A stretch of 64,000 nucleotides of DNA, from the IMG/VR virus record IMGVR_UViG_3300043433_000028. One strand, given 5' to 3'. The stretch comes from a virus. The translations under genes and the position numbers were made by a program. Below are positions 9,143-18,025 of the stretch, piece after piece (the first letter of the stretch is position 1; each line of letters opens with the position of its first letter). The notes under the pieces were generated by a model. That model saw only the letters and a list, made by a program, of their open reading frames with translations. It had not been told where the DNA came from and ran no database searches.

Positions 9143-9409
9143 ATGACAACGATTTCAATTCAAGACCAAGAACGTTACAATCAAATTATGAATACTCAAA
9201 CATACTTGACTCAAGAAGAGTATGATTTTTGTTTCAACATTAATCCATCAGAAGTTCGTATAGCAACTTCATATATTGGAAAATATTCAAATTCTGGAGC
9301 TTACCTAAATTGCAATGTTTATTCTGAATATGACCATGAAAAACAACAGTTTGAAATGGAAACAGGAGTTGTTGGAAGTTTTGACGATCCTAATTATTTA
9401 CGTGCATAA
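9143..9409 (+). CDS. Hypothetical early protein
   Basis: 88 aa ORF after an early-type promoter. Confidence 0.6.
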   Translation: MTTISIQDQERYNQIMNTQTYLTQEEYDFCFNINPSEVRIATSYIGKYSNSGAYLNCNVYSEYDHEKQQFEMETGVVGSFDDPNYLRA

Positions 9410-9410
9410 A

Positions 9411-9437
9411 AAACAAAAGCAATATATAACATATAAT
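9411..9437 (+). promoter_or_regulatory. Putative middle promoter AAAC-N17-TATAAT
   Basis: Motif and spacing match. Confidence 0.6.
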
Positions 9438-9453
9438 ACTTAAAATTTATTTT

Positions 9454-9729
9454 ATGAACATTTTAGATGAAGCAAGCGGTATCGTAAATAACCGCTCAGA
9501 AGAAGCAGATAGACAATATGGTCCTTTCTCAGAAGGTATGGACAGAGCTGCTATGATTTTTACTGGTATGACAGGAATTGAAGTTACCGGAGAACACATG
9601 TTTAAGGCATTAGTTGCACTTAAATTTTCTAGAGAATCTTACAATCACAAGCGTGATAACTTATTAGATGCAGTTGCATACATCCAAGGATTGGATAACT
9701 ACATCGAAGAAAAACAAAACAATGGTTAA
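9454..9729 (+). CDS. DUF6378-like small alpha-helical protein (family often near nucleotide-metabolism genes)
   Basis: ILDEA..IVN.R...YG.F...ALKFSRES....DNLLDAVAY pattern. Confidence 0.5.
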   Translation: MNILDEASGIVNNRSEEADRQYGPFSEGMDRAAMIFTGMTGIEVTGEHMFKALVALKFSRESYNHKRDNLLDAVAYIQGLDNYIEEKQNNG

Positions 9730-10771
9730 CATTTACGAAGTTTTAGAATCGTTAAAAGGCAAGAAGATTGCAATTGATGATGTTGTAACAACGTATAGCT
9801 CGAAAAAAGCCAGTCATAAAAGTGCATGGGCTTTTCTACTAGCAAATCAATTAAAATCTTTAGGATTGGAGGCAGAAGTACTCACCAAGTCCGAAGATAT
9901 TCATTCATACGATATTTGGATGGTTGCCCTTCCGATGGAATTTCAAGGGTCTTATAATCTATTTGGTGGAGCAACTGATGAGCCAGCGGAGAGAATTAAA
10001 AGATTCTTAGATTTTAAAGGACAAATCTATTGTTTAAACCGTGAAATGCCAGATGTTGGAGCCTTTGCTCAAAGTCGAATGAGAGCATGCTCAGAATTAT
10101 GGGCAACTCTTGATGTTGAAGCACTTACAAAAAGAAGTAAAGAAACCGAAACAATTGAACTTAAATTAAATTCAGGTACTTTTGTCTTAGGAGATTCTCA
10201 CTCAGTTTCAGTGTATCATCCTGGAGGAAACATCAGCAGAAATGATGGTAAAACATTATTTGGTGTTATGAAAGAGGGAATGCAAACCTACATTCCTGAA
10301 GGGACCACTCATTTGATAACATACTTCGGTAATATCGATGTTAGACATCACTTATGTCGCCAAGAAAAACCAGTTGATGCAACTAAAAAACTTGTAAAGA
10401 ATTATTTTGAACATCTAAAATCTCTTAATATTGAAAAGATTTCAGTTGTTAAATTACTTCCAATTGAGTTTGAAGAACGCAGAATCCCAAAGACTGGATA
10501 TTACAAAGGAACCCCATTTATCGGTTCTCAGCGAGAAAGAACTCAGTTAATGCAGATCTTTAACGAAGAGGTTGTAAATCTCTCGGCTATATATAATATG
10601 AATGTAATCGAATGGCCAAGTAATTGGTACGAGGAAGATCCAAAGTATTTTGCTGATACTTATATGGAGAAACCAGGTTCCGTTCATTTATCTAGAGAGT
10701 TTTATCAATATGATTTCGAGACGTCCGAAAAAAATAAAACATTAAAGAAAACTATTAACAGTCTTTTTTGA
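9722..10771 (+). CDS. T4 beta-glucosyltransferase-like N-terminal domain fused to an SGNH-like domain; putative DNA-modifying transferase
   Basis: KIAI...GLEAEVL...SYD...SYNLFGG...KGQIYCL parallels recalled T4 BGT; C-domain GDSH, GNID, SVHL; start moved to ATG 9722. Confidence 0.5.
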   Translation: MVNIYEVLESLKGKKIAIDDVVTTYSSKKASHKSAWAFLLANQLKSLGLEAEVLTKSEDIHSYDIWMVALPMEFQGSYNLFGGATDEPAERIKRFLDFKGQIYCLNREMPDVGAFAQSRMRACSELWATLDVEALTKRSKETETIELKLNSGTFVLGDSHSVSVYHPGGNISRNDGKTLFGVMKEGMQTYIPEGTTHLITYFGNIDVRHHLCRQEKPVDATKKLVKNYFEHLKSLNIEKISVVKLLPIEFEERRIPKTGYYKGTPFIGSQRERTQLMQIFNEEVVNLSAIYNMNVIEWPSNWYEEDPKYFADTYMEKPGSVHLSREFYQYDFETSEKNKTLKKTINSLF

Positions 10772-10797
10772 AACTTTTTAAATAAAGCAAGTATAAA
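10770..10797 (+). promoter_or_regulatory. Putative middle promoter GAAAC-N17-TATAAA
   Basis: Motif and spacing match; lies upstream of ino1. Confidence 0.7.
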
Positions 10798-10824
10798 TTA
10801 ATATAAAATTAAATTTTTAACAAA

Positions 10825-12021
10825 ATGAACAAAATTAAAGTTGGAATTATTGGCACAGGAAATTGTGCAAAATCATTGGTTGAAGGAGTTCAATTCTATA
10901 CAGAAAATACGAACAACATTACTGGAATGATGAAATCTGATATTGGAGGTTACAAAGCCGAAAATATTGAATTCGTATGTGGATTTGAAATCGACGAACG
11001 TAAAGTTAACCAAACTTTAGGAGTTGCTTTAAAACAAAAACCAAACTGTGCGTATGACATCGTTGATGTTATTACTTCTACAGCTCCGGTTTATGAAGCA
11101 CCTGTTATTGATGGTTATGCTGCATTAATGGATAACTATCCAGAATCAAACAGATTTTTAGTTGATGAGAAATTAAGAAACTCAACTGATAAAAATCGTA
11201 CTGATTGGACTCCTAGAAAATCTAGAGAGTGGAAGGACCAAATCATCGCTAAATTAAAAGAGCATGAAGTTGAAGTATTGGTAAACTATTTACCAGTAGG
11301 TTCTCAAAAAACTACAGAATTTTGGGCTGAAATTTGCTTAGAAACTGGAATCTCTTTCGTAAACTGTATTCCTGTATTTATTGCATCAGACCCAGCATGG
11401 GAGCAAAGATTTATCGACGCTGGAATTCCATTGATCGGTGATGATATGCGTTCTCAATTTGGAGCAAGTATTCTTTCTCAAATGTTGCAAGAACTTGCAT
11501 TTGAAAGAGGTCATCATGTAAAAGCGCACATTCAACGTAATGTTGGAGGTAACACAGATTTCTTGAACATGGAAGATAAATCTCGTTTAGCTTCTAAAAA
11601 GATTTCTAAAGAAAACGTTATCCGTGCTCAAAATGAAATTAGAGGAATCTCAACTGAAGATTCATTTTTACATGCAGGTCCTTCTGAGTATATCTCATTC
11701 TATGGAGATAACAAAGTTGCTAACTTCCGTTTAGAACTTGAAGGATTTGGAGGAGCGCCAGTTCTTTTTGATGCTCAATTAAGTGTGCAAGATTCACCAA
11801 ACTCTGCAGGAGTTGTGATCGATGCTATCCGTTACTTAAAAGTAGCGAGAGAATTAGGAGTTGTAGGAGCATTAAGAGGTCCTTCAGCGTTTACTCAAAA
11901 AACTCCACCAGATCAAATGATGTTTTCTGATGCTGTTTATGAATGTACTGAATTAGCTGCAAGACGCTTAACTGATTCTACAAGAAAGCAATTAGTTGCA
12001 AAAACTAATAAAGCTCTTTAA
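10825..12021 (+). CDS. ino1: myo-inositol-1-phosphate synthase (bacterial type)
   Basis: GIIGTGNCAKSLVEG Rossmann motif, VNYLPVGS, FVNCIPVFIA, GDDMRSQFGA, NVGGNTDFLNM, KKISK, DSPNSAGVVID. Confidence 0.93.
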   Translation: MNKIKVGIIGTGNCAKSLVEGVQFYTENTNNITGMMKSDIGGYKAENIEFVCGFEIDERKVNQTLGVALKQKPNCAYDIVDVITSTAPVYEAPVIDGYAALMDNYPESNRFLVDEKLRNSTDKNRTDWTPRKSREWKDQIIAKLKEHEVEVLVNYLPVGSQKTTEFWAEICLETGISFVNCIPVFIASDPAWEQRFIDAGIPLIGDDMRSQFGASILSQMLQELAFERGHHVKAHIQRNVGGNTDFLNMEDKSRLASKKISKENVIRAQNEIRGISTEDSFLHAGPSEYISFYGDNKVANFRLELEGFGGAPVLFDAQLSVQDSPNSAGVVIDAIRYLKVARELGVVGALRGPSAFTQKTPPDQMMFSDAVYECTELAARRLTDSTRKQLVAKTNKAL

Positions 12022-12036
12022 TTAATTAATCTATGA

Positions 12037-12064
12037 AAAGAGAGCTCAAGGGCTCTCTTTTTTT
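12037..12064 (+). terminator. Intrinsic terminator
   Basis: AAAGAGAGC-TCAAGG-GCTCTCTTT followed by a T-tract. Confidence 0.8.
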
Positions 12065-12081
12065 ATCAAAAAAGTCAGGGA

Positions 12082-12483
12082 ATGTTAAATATTTTTAAAA
12101 AGAAACAAACTAACGTCGATGTTTATGGATATGATTTCGACGGAGTAATTTCAATAGGAATTACACCAAGATCAGAAAGCGACGTTATTATAACAGGAAG
12201 ATGCGTTGATGAACAAGAAGAAATCAAAGCAATCTTAAAAGAACGCGGGATTAAATGCAAAGTTTATTTTAATCCAATGACTCTTGCAGAGCGAGGAAAT
12301 CATACAACAAAAGCAAGGAAATTTTCTGGTTATCACAAAGCTAAAACAATACGAGAACTTTTAAATAACGGAGTTAATATTATTAGATTCTTTGAAGATG
12401 ATCCAATTCAATATCAAATCATCCAAGAAAATCATCCGGAATTACAAATTGTAAGCGTAGTATCTTCATTAGTAAAGAAATAA
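12082..12483 (+). CDS. Small capless HAD-superfamily phosphatase
   Basis: DFDG motif I, ITGR motif II, conserved K, FEDD motif IV. Confidence 0.75.
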   Translation: MLNIFKKKQTNVDVYGYDFDGVISIGITPRSESDVIITGRCVDEQEEIKAILKERGIKCKVYFNPMTLAERGNHTTKARKFSGYHKAKTIRELLNNGVNIIRFFEDDPIQYQIIQENHPELQIVSVVSSLVKK

Positions 12484-12485
12484 AT

Positions 12486-13163
12486 ATGTGGACAGTAGAG
12501 CAAAAGCAATTAAATAAATTAAAACGAGAATACTGCTCATATTTAGATGCTACTGAAAGAATCGATAGAGACATGATTAAAGATTGTCTTAAGCATTATA
12601 TACATGATGATGTTGATTATAGTGGCAAAGTATGTTTAGACTTAGGCGGTAACGTTGGGGGATTTACAAAAATTGCAATCGACGGAGGAGCATCAGCTGT
12701 TTATACAGTAGAATGCGATCCAAGAAATTATGCAAAATTATCAAATAGTTTCGCAGAAGAACCAAAGGCAAATATTATCCATGCTGCTGTTTCTGGGTGT
12801 GATGATGAAACTATTAAGATTTATAAAGGAAATTCAGCAGGATCACATTGTTCAACTTCAATTCTTAAAAGAAGTTCATTTGGAGAATATGATGAGGTTA
12901 GAAATATTCACATCAAAGAATTATTAGAAACATACAAACCAGATATTATCAAAATTGATATTGAAGGAGCAGAGTATGATATAATTCAAGATGTTGCTGA
13001 TTATTATCCGGAAGTTATCTTTGTAGAATTGCATATGGGTAAAGTAAAACAATTCGCACAGCCAACAATTGAATTATTAACTTCGTTATACCCAAAAAAT
13101 CAAGTTAATAGTTTTGAAGTTTTCAAACATATCGGAGGTTACGATTGCTGGTTTAAAAAATAA
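12486..13163 (+). CDS. FkbM-family SAM-dependent methyltransferase
   Basis: LDLGGNVGGF, VECDP, HAAV, IKIDIEGAEY. Confidence 0.85.
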   Translation: MWTVEQKQLNKLKREYCSYLDATERIDRDMIKDCLKHYIHDDVDYSGKVCLDLGGNVGGFTKIAIDGGASAVYTVECDPRNYAKLSNSFAEEPKANIIHAAVSGCDDETIKIYKGNSAGSHCSTSILKRSSFGEYDEVRNIHIKELLETYKPDIIKIDIEGAEYDIIQDVADYYPEVIFVELHMGKVKQFAQPTIELLTSLYPKNQVNSFEVFKHIGGYDCWFKK

Positions 13164-13171
13164 AAATACAA

Positions 13172-14221
13172 ATGGAAAACTTAGCAGAAATTGCAAACAT
13201 GGACATTATTAGAGATGTAGGAAGATTCTTTAATAAAGTTAATGAAAGAGCCCTTTTCAATATGGGTGTTCTTGAAAGTTACGATAGTGGAGGCGATGAA
13301 GCACTTGGAGAAACTGTAGAATATTTCCATCCACAAATTACATTGGATGATCGTATGCGATACATCATGGAGAACATTGTAAATGCTCCAATGTCGATGG
13401 ACAATATTATATGCAATACAATTATTTCTCACTTCTATGGAGCCAGAGGTATTCACCAAGTCTTAACAAGAGACCCAAATCCAAAAACAGCACTAGTCGA
13501 TTTTGAAAGGCTTTTAGTTGATCGAGAATATGAGAATAAAATCCGTAAGAATTTAGAGGATGCTGTTTCTTTAGGTTTACCAATTTATGGATCTACCGAA
13601 TTACGTACCAGTCTTTTTGGGGCTGCAAATAATTATGTTGCTGAATTGAGAAATCAACCAAGAGATGCTCATAAAATTAACATTCTCTTATGGGTTGCCT
13701 CTTTTATACCTCGAGGAATCACTGGAAGAATGGCCCAGGTTAACTCTTTATCTGAGATGTTTAATATACTAACAGAAATTGAAGGTGTAGGGTCTTATTA
13801 CGGATATCACTGTTCGACGTCAAATTCTGTAAATCCAAGAATCAATATAGACCATGATGAAAGATATTGCGTTCCAGGTCCTGGCGCTAGATTTACTTTA
13901 GATTTAATATTTGGAGCAAATTGCACAGTTCCTCATGGTGATAGAGTTATTTGGTTCAGAGAAAACTATAAAGAACTTATTGGAGAAATTCCATTACATG
14001 AATCTACTCATAATATTGTAGTTGATGGAAAAAAGATCTTTAGACACGAACAAGATGAGCTTAAAACCTATGGATGTGAGGTTGGACTTTGTCAATATGG
14101 TGTTTATTACCGACTAAGAAGTAATCCACATTTAATTAGCCGAAGAAAAGTTGCCAGGGTTGATGATAATCTAATGGAATATTTTTTTAATAATAATTTT
14201 GAACAAAACGCTCTTTTTTAA
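13172..14221 (+). CDS. aGPT-Pplase1 / 5-hmdU DNA kinase helical-like protein (HhH fold DNA base-modifying enzyme)
   Basis: LDDRMRYI, IEGVGSYYGYH hairpin, VPGPGARFTLDLIF, EVGLCQYGVY match the family pattern as recalled. Confidence 0.6.
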   Translation: MENLAEIANMDIIRDVGRFFNKVNERALFNMGVLESYDSGGDEALGETVEYFHPQITLDDRMRYIMENIVNAPMSMDNIICNTIISHFYGARGIHQVLTRDPNPKTALVDFERLLVDREYENKIRKNLEDAVSLGLPIYGSTELRTSLFGAANNYVAELRNQPRDAHKINILLWVASFIPRGITGRMAQVNSLSEMFNILTEIEGVGSYYGYHCSTSNSVNPRINIDHDERYCVPGPGARFTLDLIFGANCTVPHGDRVIWFRENYKELIGEIPLHESTHNIVVDGKKIFRHEQDELKTYGCEVGLCQYGVYYRLRSNPHLISRRKVARVDDNLMEYFFNNNFEQNALF

Positions 14222-14227
14222 TATAAC
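14201..14227 (+). promoter_or_regulatory. Putative middle promoter GAAC-N17-TATAAC
   Basis: Variant with the same spacing. Confidence 0.5.
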
Positions 14228-14245
14228 AACTATAAAAAATTAATT

Positions 14246-14713
14246 ATGGCAAATATAGACAATGAATGTAAAGATTTGGAAGTAAAAAACTTTTACGATG
14301 AATCTACAACACACTTAGCCGACATCATGGAAAACCAAAAGAAAATGCAAGAGCAAACTTATGGTTTTAATTTCGAAGAGATGTCAATTAGAGATATTAT
14401 GAACTTTTGGCATGTTAATACACATGCTGTAGTTGATGAAATTCACGAAATGACAGATGCTCTTGGAGGTATTAAAGATGGGAGCGGAAATGCAGTATGG
14501 AAATACTGGAAAAAAGACTTTTCAAAGTTTGAAACAATGAAAATTTCTGATCTTTCAGAAGATGACAAGAAAGAACTTTATATGGAATGGGTAGATATTT
14601 TACACTTCTTTATAAACTATGCATCTTCAATCGGATTAGATGCAAAAACAGCATACAATTATTACTTTGCGAAAGCAGAAGAAAATGTTAACCGTCAAAA
14701 AAGAGGATATTAA
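14246..14713 (+). CDS. gp56: T4 gp56-like dCTPase/dUTPase (all-alpha NTP pyrophosphatase)
   Basis: DEIHEM..ALG...AVWKYWK...EWVDILHFFIN...ENVNRQKRGY closely parallels T4 gp56. Confidence 0.8.
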   Translation: MANIDNECKDLEVKNFYDESTTHLADIMENQKKMQEQTYGFNFEEMSIRDIMNFWHVNTHAVVDEIHEMTDALGGIKDGSGNAVWKYWKKDFSKFETMKISDLSEDDKKELYMEWVDILHFFINYASSIGLDAKTAYNYYFAKAEENVNRQKRGY

Positions 14714-16111
14714 ATGATACTAGACATCGAACAGCGTGAAAAAGATGTAATCATTTCATACTATAATGACAAAGGAGAAGTAGCATTCAAACAATATCCA
14801 GTGGACAAGTTCCAAAACTGGTATGTTTGTGATGATAAAGACAGAGCGGCTAGCCCAGAATATAAAAACTGGGACGGCCGTTCGGTCAAATTAGGATATG
14901 GAAGACAATTTAATAAGTTTTCTATTCTTTATTTCTTAGATAGCCTTTCTGAGAAAGATAAAGCTGACTTAACAGCTTACAATATGCCGAAAACTTATTT
15001 CGTCGATATTGAAACTGAGATTGTTGATGGATTCCCAAAAGCTGAAGAGGCTAAAAGTAGAATTCTTTCATTCTCAATCATTACGCCAGATCGTAAAGCA
15101 ATTGTATTGGGTCTTGAAGATATGGAATCTGATAAAATCCAAAAGATTCAAGATGATACTAATGAGTATTTCAAAGATTTTGATATGGACTGGGAATTTA
15201 AGTACCATAAGTTCAAATCTGAATATGATATGGTGAATACATTCTTAATGAAATTCTTACCTAAATTTCCAATGATGACAGGATGGAACTTTATCAACTA
15301 TGACTGGCAATATATTGTTAATCGTTGTAAAAGACTTCAAATTGATATTAAAGAAGTTGGAATGACAGGAGCTATAGATAATACCGATGGTCGTCCATTA
15401 CATATTGGAATTCTTGACTACATGCAGTTGTATGATAAATATGACCGTTCGGTTAAGGTAAAAGAATCAAACTCTCTTGATTATGTTTCTAGTCAAGTCC
15501 TAAAAGTTAACAAGATTAAATTTACTGGATCTCTTCAAGATTTATATCGAGATAATTTTGTTAAATATATCTACTATAACGTAGTCGATTCAGTCCTGGT
15601 TTATTATATAGACCAGAAATTAAAATCGATGGAGGTACTTTTAACTCTTGCAAACATTACAAACATGCCACTTTATAAGGCAAGTTCTCCAGTGGCAGTT
15701 ACTGAGGCGATTATGGCCAGAAAACTTGCAGAACAGGGAATGAGAATTGGAAGTGAAGAAAAAGCAGATGGTCAAAAAGATGGCCAATATGCTGGAGCAT
15801 TTGTAAAAGAACCAATTCTAGGATTTTATGAAGGAGTAAGTGCATTTGACTTTGCTTCACTATATCCTTCAATTATGCGTCAGTTCAATATATCACCCGA
15901 CGCTTACATTGAAAAGATTTATAAAAGTGAAATTGATGAAAGACGCAAAGACAAGAACGTAATTGTATGTGATAATGGAGTAGTATATAAGACCGAAGAT
16001 TCGATCCTTAGAAAGATATTAAGTGACTTATATGCGCAACGTAAAGATTACAAGAAAACTTCATACGAATACTTTACAAAAGCCGACAGGTTATCTAAAA
16101 GACTTAGATAA
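14714..16111 (+). CDS. gp43A: Family B DNA polymerase, N-terminal half (3'-5' exonuclease + motif A)
   Basis: DIETE, TGWNFINYD, YNVVD, DFASLYPSIMRQFNISP; ends in the first fingers helix. Confidence 0.9.
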   Translation: MILDIEQREKDVIISYYNDKGEVAFKQYPVDKFQNWYVCDDKDRAASPEYKNWDGRSVKLGYGRQFNKFSILYFLDSLSEKDKADLTAYNMPKTYFVDIETEIVDGFPKAEEAKSRILSFSIITPDRKAIVLGLEDMESDKIQKIQDDTNEYFKDFDMDWEFKYHKFKSEYDMVNTFLMKFLPKFPMMTGWNFINYDWQYIVNRCKRLQIDIKEVGMTGAIDNTDGRPLHIGILDYMQLYDKYDRSVKVKESNSLDYVSSQVLKVNKIKFTGSLQDLYRDNFVKYIYYNVVDSVLVYYIDQKLKSMEVLLTLANITNMPLYKASSPVAVTEAIMARKLAEQGMRIGSEEKADGQKDGQYAGAFVKEPILGFYEGVSAFDFASLYPSIMRQFNISPDAYIEKIYKSEIDERRKDKNVIVCDNGVVYKTEDSILRKILSDLYAQRKDYKKTSYEYFTKADRLSKRLR

Positions 16112-16140
16112 ATAATTAACAAAAAAAGAAATTCCAAATC

Positions 16141-17118
16141 ATGAATAACATTTTTGAAAAAAGAGTAAATATTTTACCTTACGAATACCCTTCATTACTA
16201 GCATATAAAGATGCAATCCGACATTCTTATTGGATTCATACAGAATTTAACTTTACTACAGATATCGATGACTTTATGACTAAAGTATCTGATTCTGAGC
16301 GTGAAGTAATCAAAAGAGCAATGCTTGCAATTGCTCAAATCGAAGTTAACGTTAAAACTTTTTGGGCAGATCTTTACAAAAGAATGCCAATCACTGAAAT
16401 TGGAGATGTTGGTATGACATTTGCAGAATCTGAAGTAAGACACAAAGATGCTTACGCACAATTATTAAGAATCTTAGGATTAGAAGACGAATTCCAAAAC
16501 GTAGTAGAAATTCCAGCAATTAAAGATAGAATTGCATACTTAACAAAGTATTTGGATGGTACAAGAAGTAAGGACAATAAAATGTATACGAAATCCGTAT
16601 TGTTATTTTCATTGTTTATTGAACACGTTAGTTTATTTAGTCAATTCTTTATTATGATGTCTTTCAACAAGGAGAGAAACTTATTTAAAGGTATTTCAAA
16701 CGTAGTTGAAGCAACTTCAAAAGAAGAGGAAATCCATGGAAACTTTGGATCTGAATTGATCAACATTATTAAGAGAGAAAATCCAGAATGGTTTGATGAG
16801 GAATTTGAACAACTTATAGATTCTGCTTGTAAAAAAGCATATTTAGCAGAGGTTAAAATTCTTGATTGGATTTTTGAAAAAGGAGAACTTGATTTCCTAT
16901 CAAAAGAAACCATCAAACAATTTATTCAAAACCGTTTCAATAATTCTTTACAAAGAATTGGAATGAAACCAGTATTTGATGTTGATTTTACAGAAGTAGA
17001 AAAAAGCTTATGGTTTGACGTTGAGATTCTTTCAACTAAAGAGGGAGACTTTTTTTACAAGAAAAGTGTCGATTATAATAAAAAATCTAAGGCAATAACT
17101 GAAGACGATTTATTTTAG
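16141..17118 (+). CDS. nrdB: Ribonucleotide reductase small subunit (class Id-like)
   Basis: AIAQIEVNVKTFW, SEVRH..AY, EHVSLFSQF, EEEIH, tail ITEDDLF. Confidence 0.93.
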   Translation: MNNIFEKRVNILPYEYPSLLAYKDAIRHSYWIHTEFNFTTDIDDFMTKVSDSEREVIKRAMLAIAQIEVNVKTFWADLYKRMPITEIGDVGMTFAESEVRHKDAYAQLLRILGLEDEFQNVVEIPAIKDRIAYLTKYLDGTRSKDNKMYTKSVLLFSLFIEHVSLFSQFFIMMSFNKERNLFKGISNVVEATSKEEEIHGNFGSELINIIKRENPEWFDEEFEQLIDSACKKAYLAEVKILDWIFEKGELDFLSKETIKQFIQNRFNNSLQRIGMKPVFDVDFTEVEKSLWFDVEILSTKEGDFFYKKSVDYNKKSKAITEDDLF

Positions 17119-17146
17119 TTTTTGATAAAATAATTCACGTAATTGA

Positions 17147-17155
17147 GATATATAA
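17147..17155 (+). promoter_or_regulatory. Putative late promoter GATATATAA
   Basis: Upstream of the HNH gene. Confidence 0.6.
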
Positions 17156-17177
17156 ACTATAAAAATATCTTAATCAA

Positions 17178-17999
17178 ATGAATTGGACAATCATATATAA
17201 AAACCTAATAGATAATGCAATCCTAGAAAAAAGAACCAAAAGTACTGAAATATATTATGAAAATCATCATATTGTCCCAAAACATATGGGAGGTGATAAT
17301 TCAAATGATAATTTAGTACTTTTGACATTTAGAGAGCATGTATTAGCGCACTATTTATTATGGCGAATTTATAAAAAAGATGGCGATAAAATAATGCGGT
17401 TACTTCGAAGCAATCAAAAAGAAGAGGCTCAACTTCTTCGTTCTAAATTAGCAGTTGCATCAAATAGAAATGGAGGTAAAGGATTTCAAAATTGGAAAGG
17501 AGAAAAGCATCCACTAAAAGATCCATTAAAAGTTAAACAGGCATTAGAAACCAAACGAAAAAATTACGATGGTGAATTAATGTCAAAGGAAGTTAAAGAA
17601 GTATGGCTTCCAAATCTTATAAATAGAATGAAGGAAATGGCAAAGGACCCTGAAATACAAGAAAAAAGGTCTAATACCATTAAACAAATTAATGCAACCC
17701 TAACGCCGGAAGAATTTGCACTAAAATATAATAATGCCGGCGAAAATAATGGAAACTTTGGTTGGATTAAAGGATATTATGAAGTAATCGACCCTAACGG
17801 AAACATTACTAAATATGAAAGCCAAGAAAACATTATAAAAGAGTTAAATGTATCTCAATCTTTTTTAGTTAGAAATAGAAATAAAGGAGTATTGTATACA
17901 AAACCAAAGAAAAATGCCGGACAATGGAACGGATGGACTTTTAATTATTTTAAGCTCCCATGTCCAACTACGGGTAGAATACAAAAAGAACACAAATAA
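17178..17999 (+). mobile_element. Free-standing HNH homing endonuclease gene between nrdB and nrdA (MobE-like position)
   Basis: ENHHIVPKHMGGDNSNDNLVLLTFREHVLAH. Confidence 0.85.
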
Positions 18000-18025
18000 T
18001 AAATTTTAAAAACAAATTAAACTAA

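Noticed and set aside
17098-17118. NrdB tail ITEDDLF as a clamp-binding motif
   Set aside because: RNR beta C-terminal tails bind the alpha subunit, and the bacterial homolog ends similarly.
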